Origin: Camelus dromedarius
Lineage: Eukaryota
DNA: 64,000 bases
Reading direction: 5' to 3'
Assembly (NCBI RefSeq): GCF_036321535.1
Contig: NC_087436.1
Location: 83,268,001-83,332,000, forward strand
Position numbers and translations under genes: made by a program. How positions within the stretch are numbered: the stretch's first letter is position 1; every line of letters starts with the position of its first letter. The notes under the pieces are model-generated. The model made no database searches. It was not told the origin of the DNA and worked only from the letters and a program-made list of their open reading frames with translations. Below are positions 63,021-64,000 of this stretch, in pieces.

Positions 63021-63678
63021 GTATACTCAAGAAGGTGGTGGTGCTGGCTCCAGGTAAGAGAAGATCCAAGGCTCAATCAGTGTCCCTGAGACCCTTGCTG
63101 TCTCTTGTCTTTGAACCTCTCTGGCTGGTAGCTTCATAATGTGTTACAGGTATCCTCTGTGGCAGGGGAGGTAGCTTCCAGCAGCTTTAGTTACCCTTTA
63201 GAGGCAAAAGGCAGGCTTCTATCAGTGCTGAATGGAACTTAATGGGGAAGAACTCTGGCCACTTGGGTGCGTGAACCTATCCCTGCACCAATCACAATGG
63301 CTTAGGGGTGGCCTTTGATTGGCTTGGCCAGGGGTAGAGTTTGTTCCCAGATAAAGAGGGACTTGGGGAGAGAGATTAGAAGACAAAAAAAACAGTCAAT
63401 AACACCCTTGAGGAAGTTATTTTAAACTAACCTTCATTCTTCAGAAAGGATGCACCACATTAGTTATGGCTTTCTTTTACATTAAGTGCGTTTCAGTCAT
63501 GGCCTCTCTCCCCGCTCCACCCCCATTTTAATGGATGAATAGTGTTCCATTGTTTTTTTATTGATGAGTACTATCCAGGTTGATGGACATTTGGGTTGTT
63601 GCCATTTTTGTTTAGTATAATAAAACTACTGTGAGCATTGTTTATAGAGCTTTGTGTATGTAGGTGTGCAATTGTAGC

Positions 63679-64000
63679 TTTTTTTTTTTTTTATTAAAGT
63701 GTAGTCAGTTTACAGTATTGTCTCAGTTCTGGTGTACAGCATAATGTTTCCGTCATACATACATATATTCATTTTCCTATTGTTTTTCATTATAGGCTAC
63801 CAAAAGGTATTGAATATAGTTTCCTGTACTGTACAGTAGAAACTTGTTGTTTATCTATTTTATATATAGTAGTTAGTATCTGCAAATCTTGAACTCCCAA
63901 TTTATCCCTTCCCAACCTCGGTAACCATAAGTTTGTTCGTTTTTTATGTCTGTGAGTCTGTTTCTGTTTTGTAGGTAAGTTCACTTGTCTTTTTTTTTTT
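63679..64000 (-). mobile_element. Lineage-specific L1 3'UTR running off the window
   Basis: Poly-T then the same 3' end as the 29.4 kb and 44.9 kb copies. Confidence 0.85.

Overview
Mammalian genomic DNA, probably camelid judging from the tRNA-derived SINE and L1 3' ends. It covers part of the small-HERC cluster. From left to right: the last seven coding exons of HERC5 (+ strand, intact HECT C-terminus with the catalytic Cys); the complete two-exon bicistronic PYURF/PIGY gene (- strand); about 37 kb of repeat-rich intergenic DNA; and a large CpG island with 5' non-coding exons that most likely starts HERC3 (+ strand, no HERC3 coding exon seen). I found no convincing wholly new gene system. 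The best second-look items are: a young CpG-rich solo LTR with a tandem 39-bp U3 repeat; a divergent pair of strong CTCF motifs bracketing PYURF/PIGY; an in-frame, stop-free spacer between PYURF and PIGY plus a ladder of mini-ORFs; a SINE-unique-L1-tail chimera; a twin-primed L1 insertion; and a MIR-derived 5'UTR exon carrying a uORF. Repeat family names come from recalled consensus sequences, not from a search.
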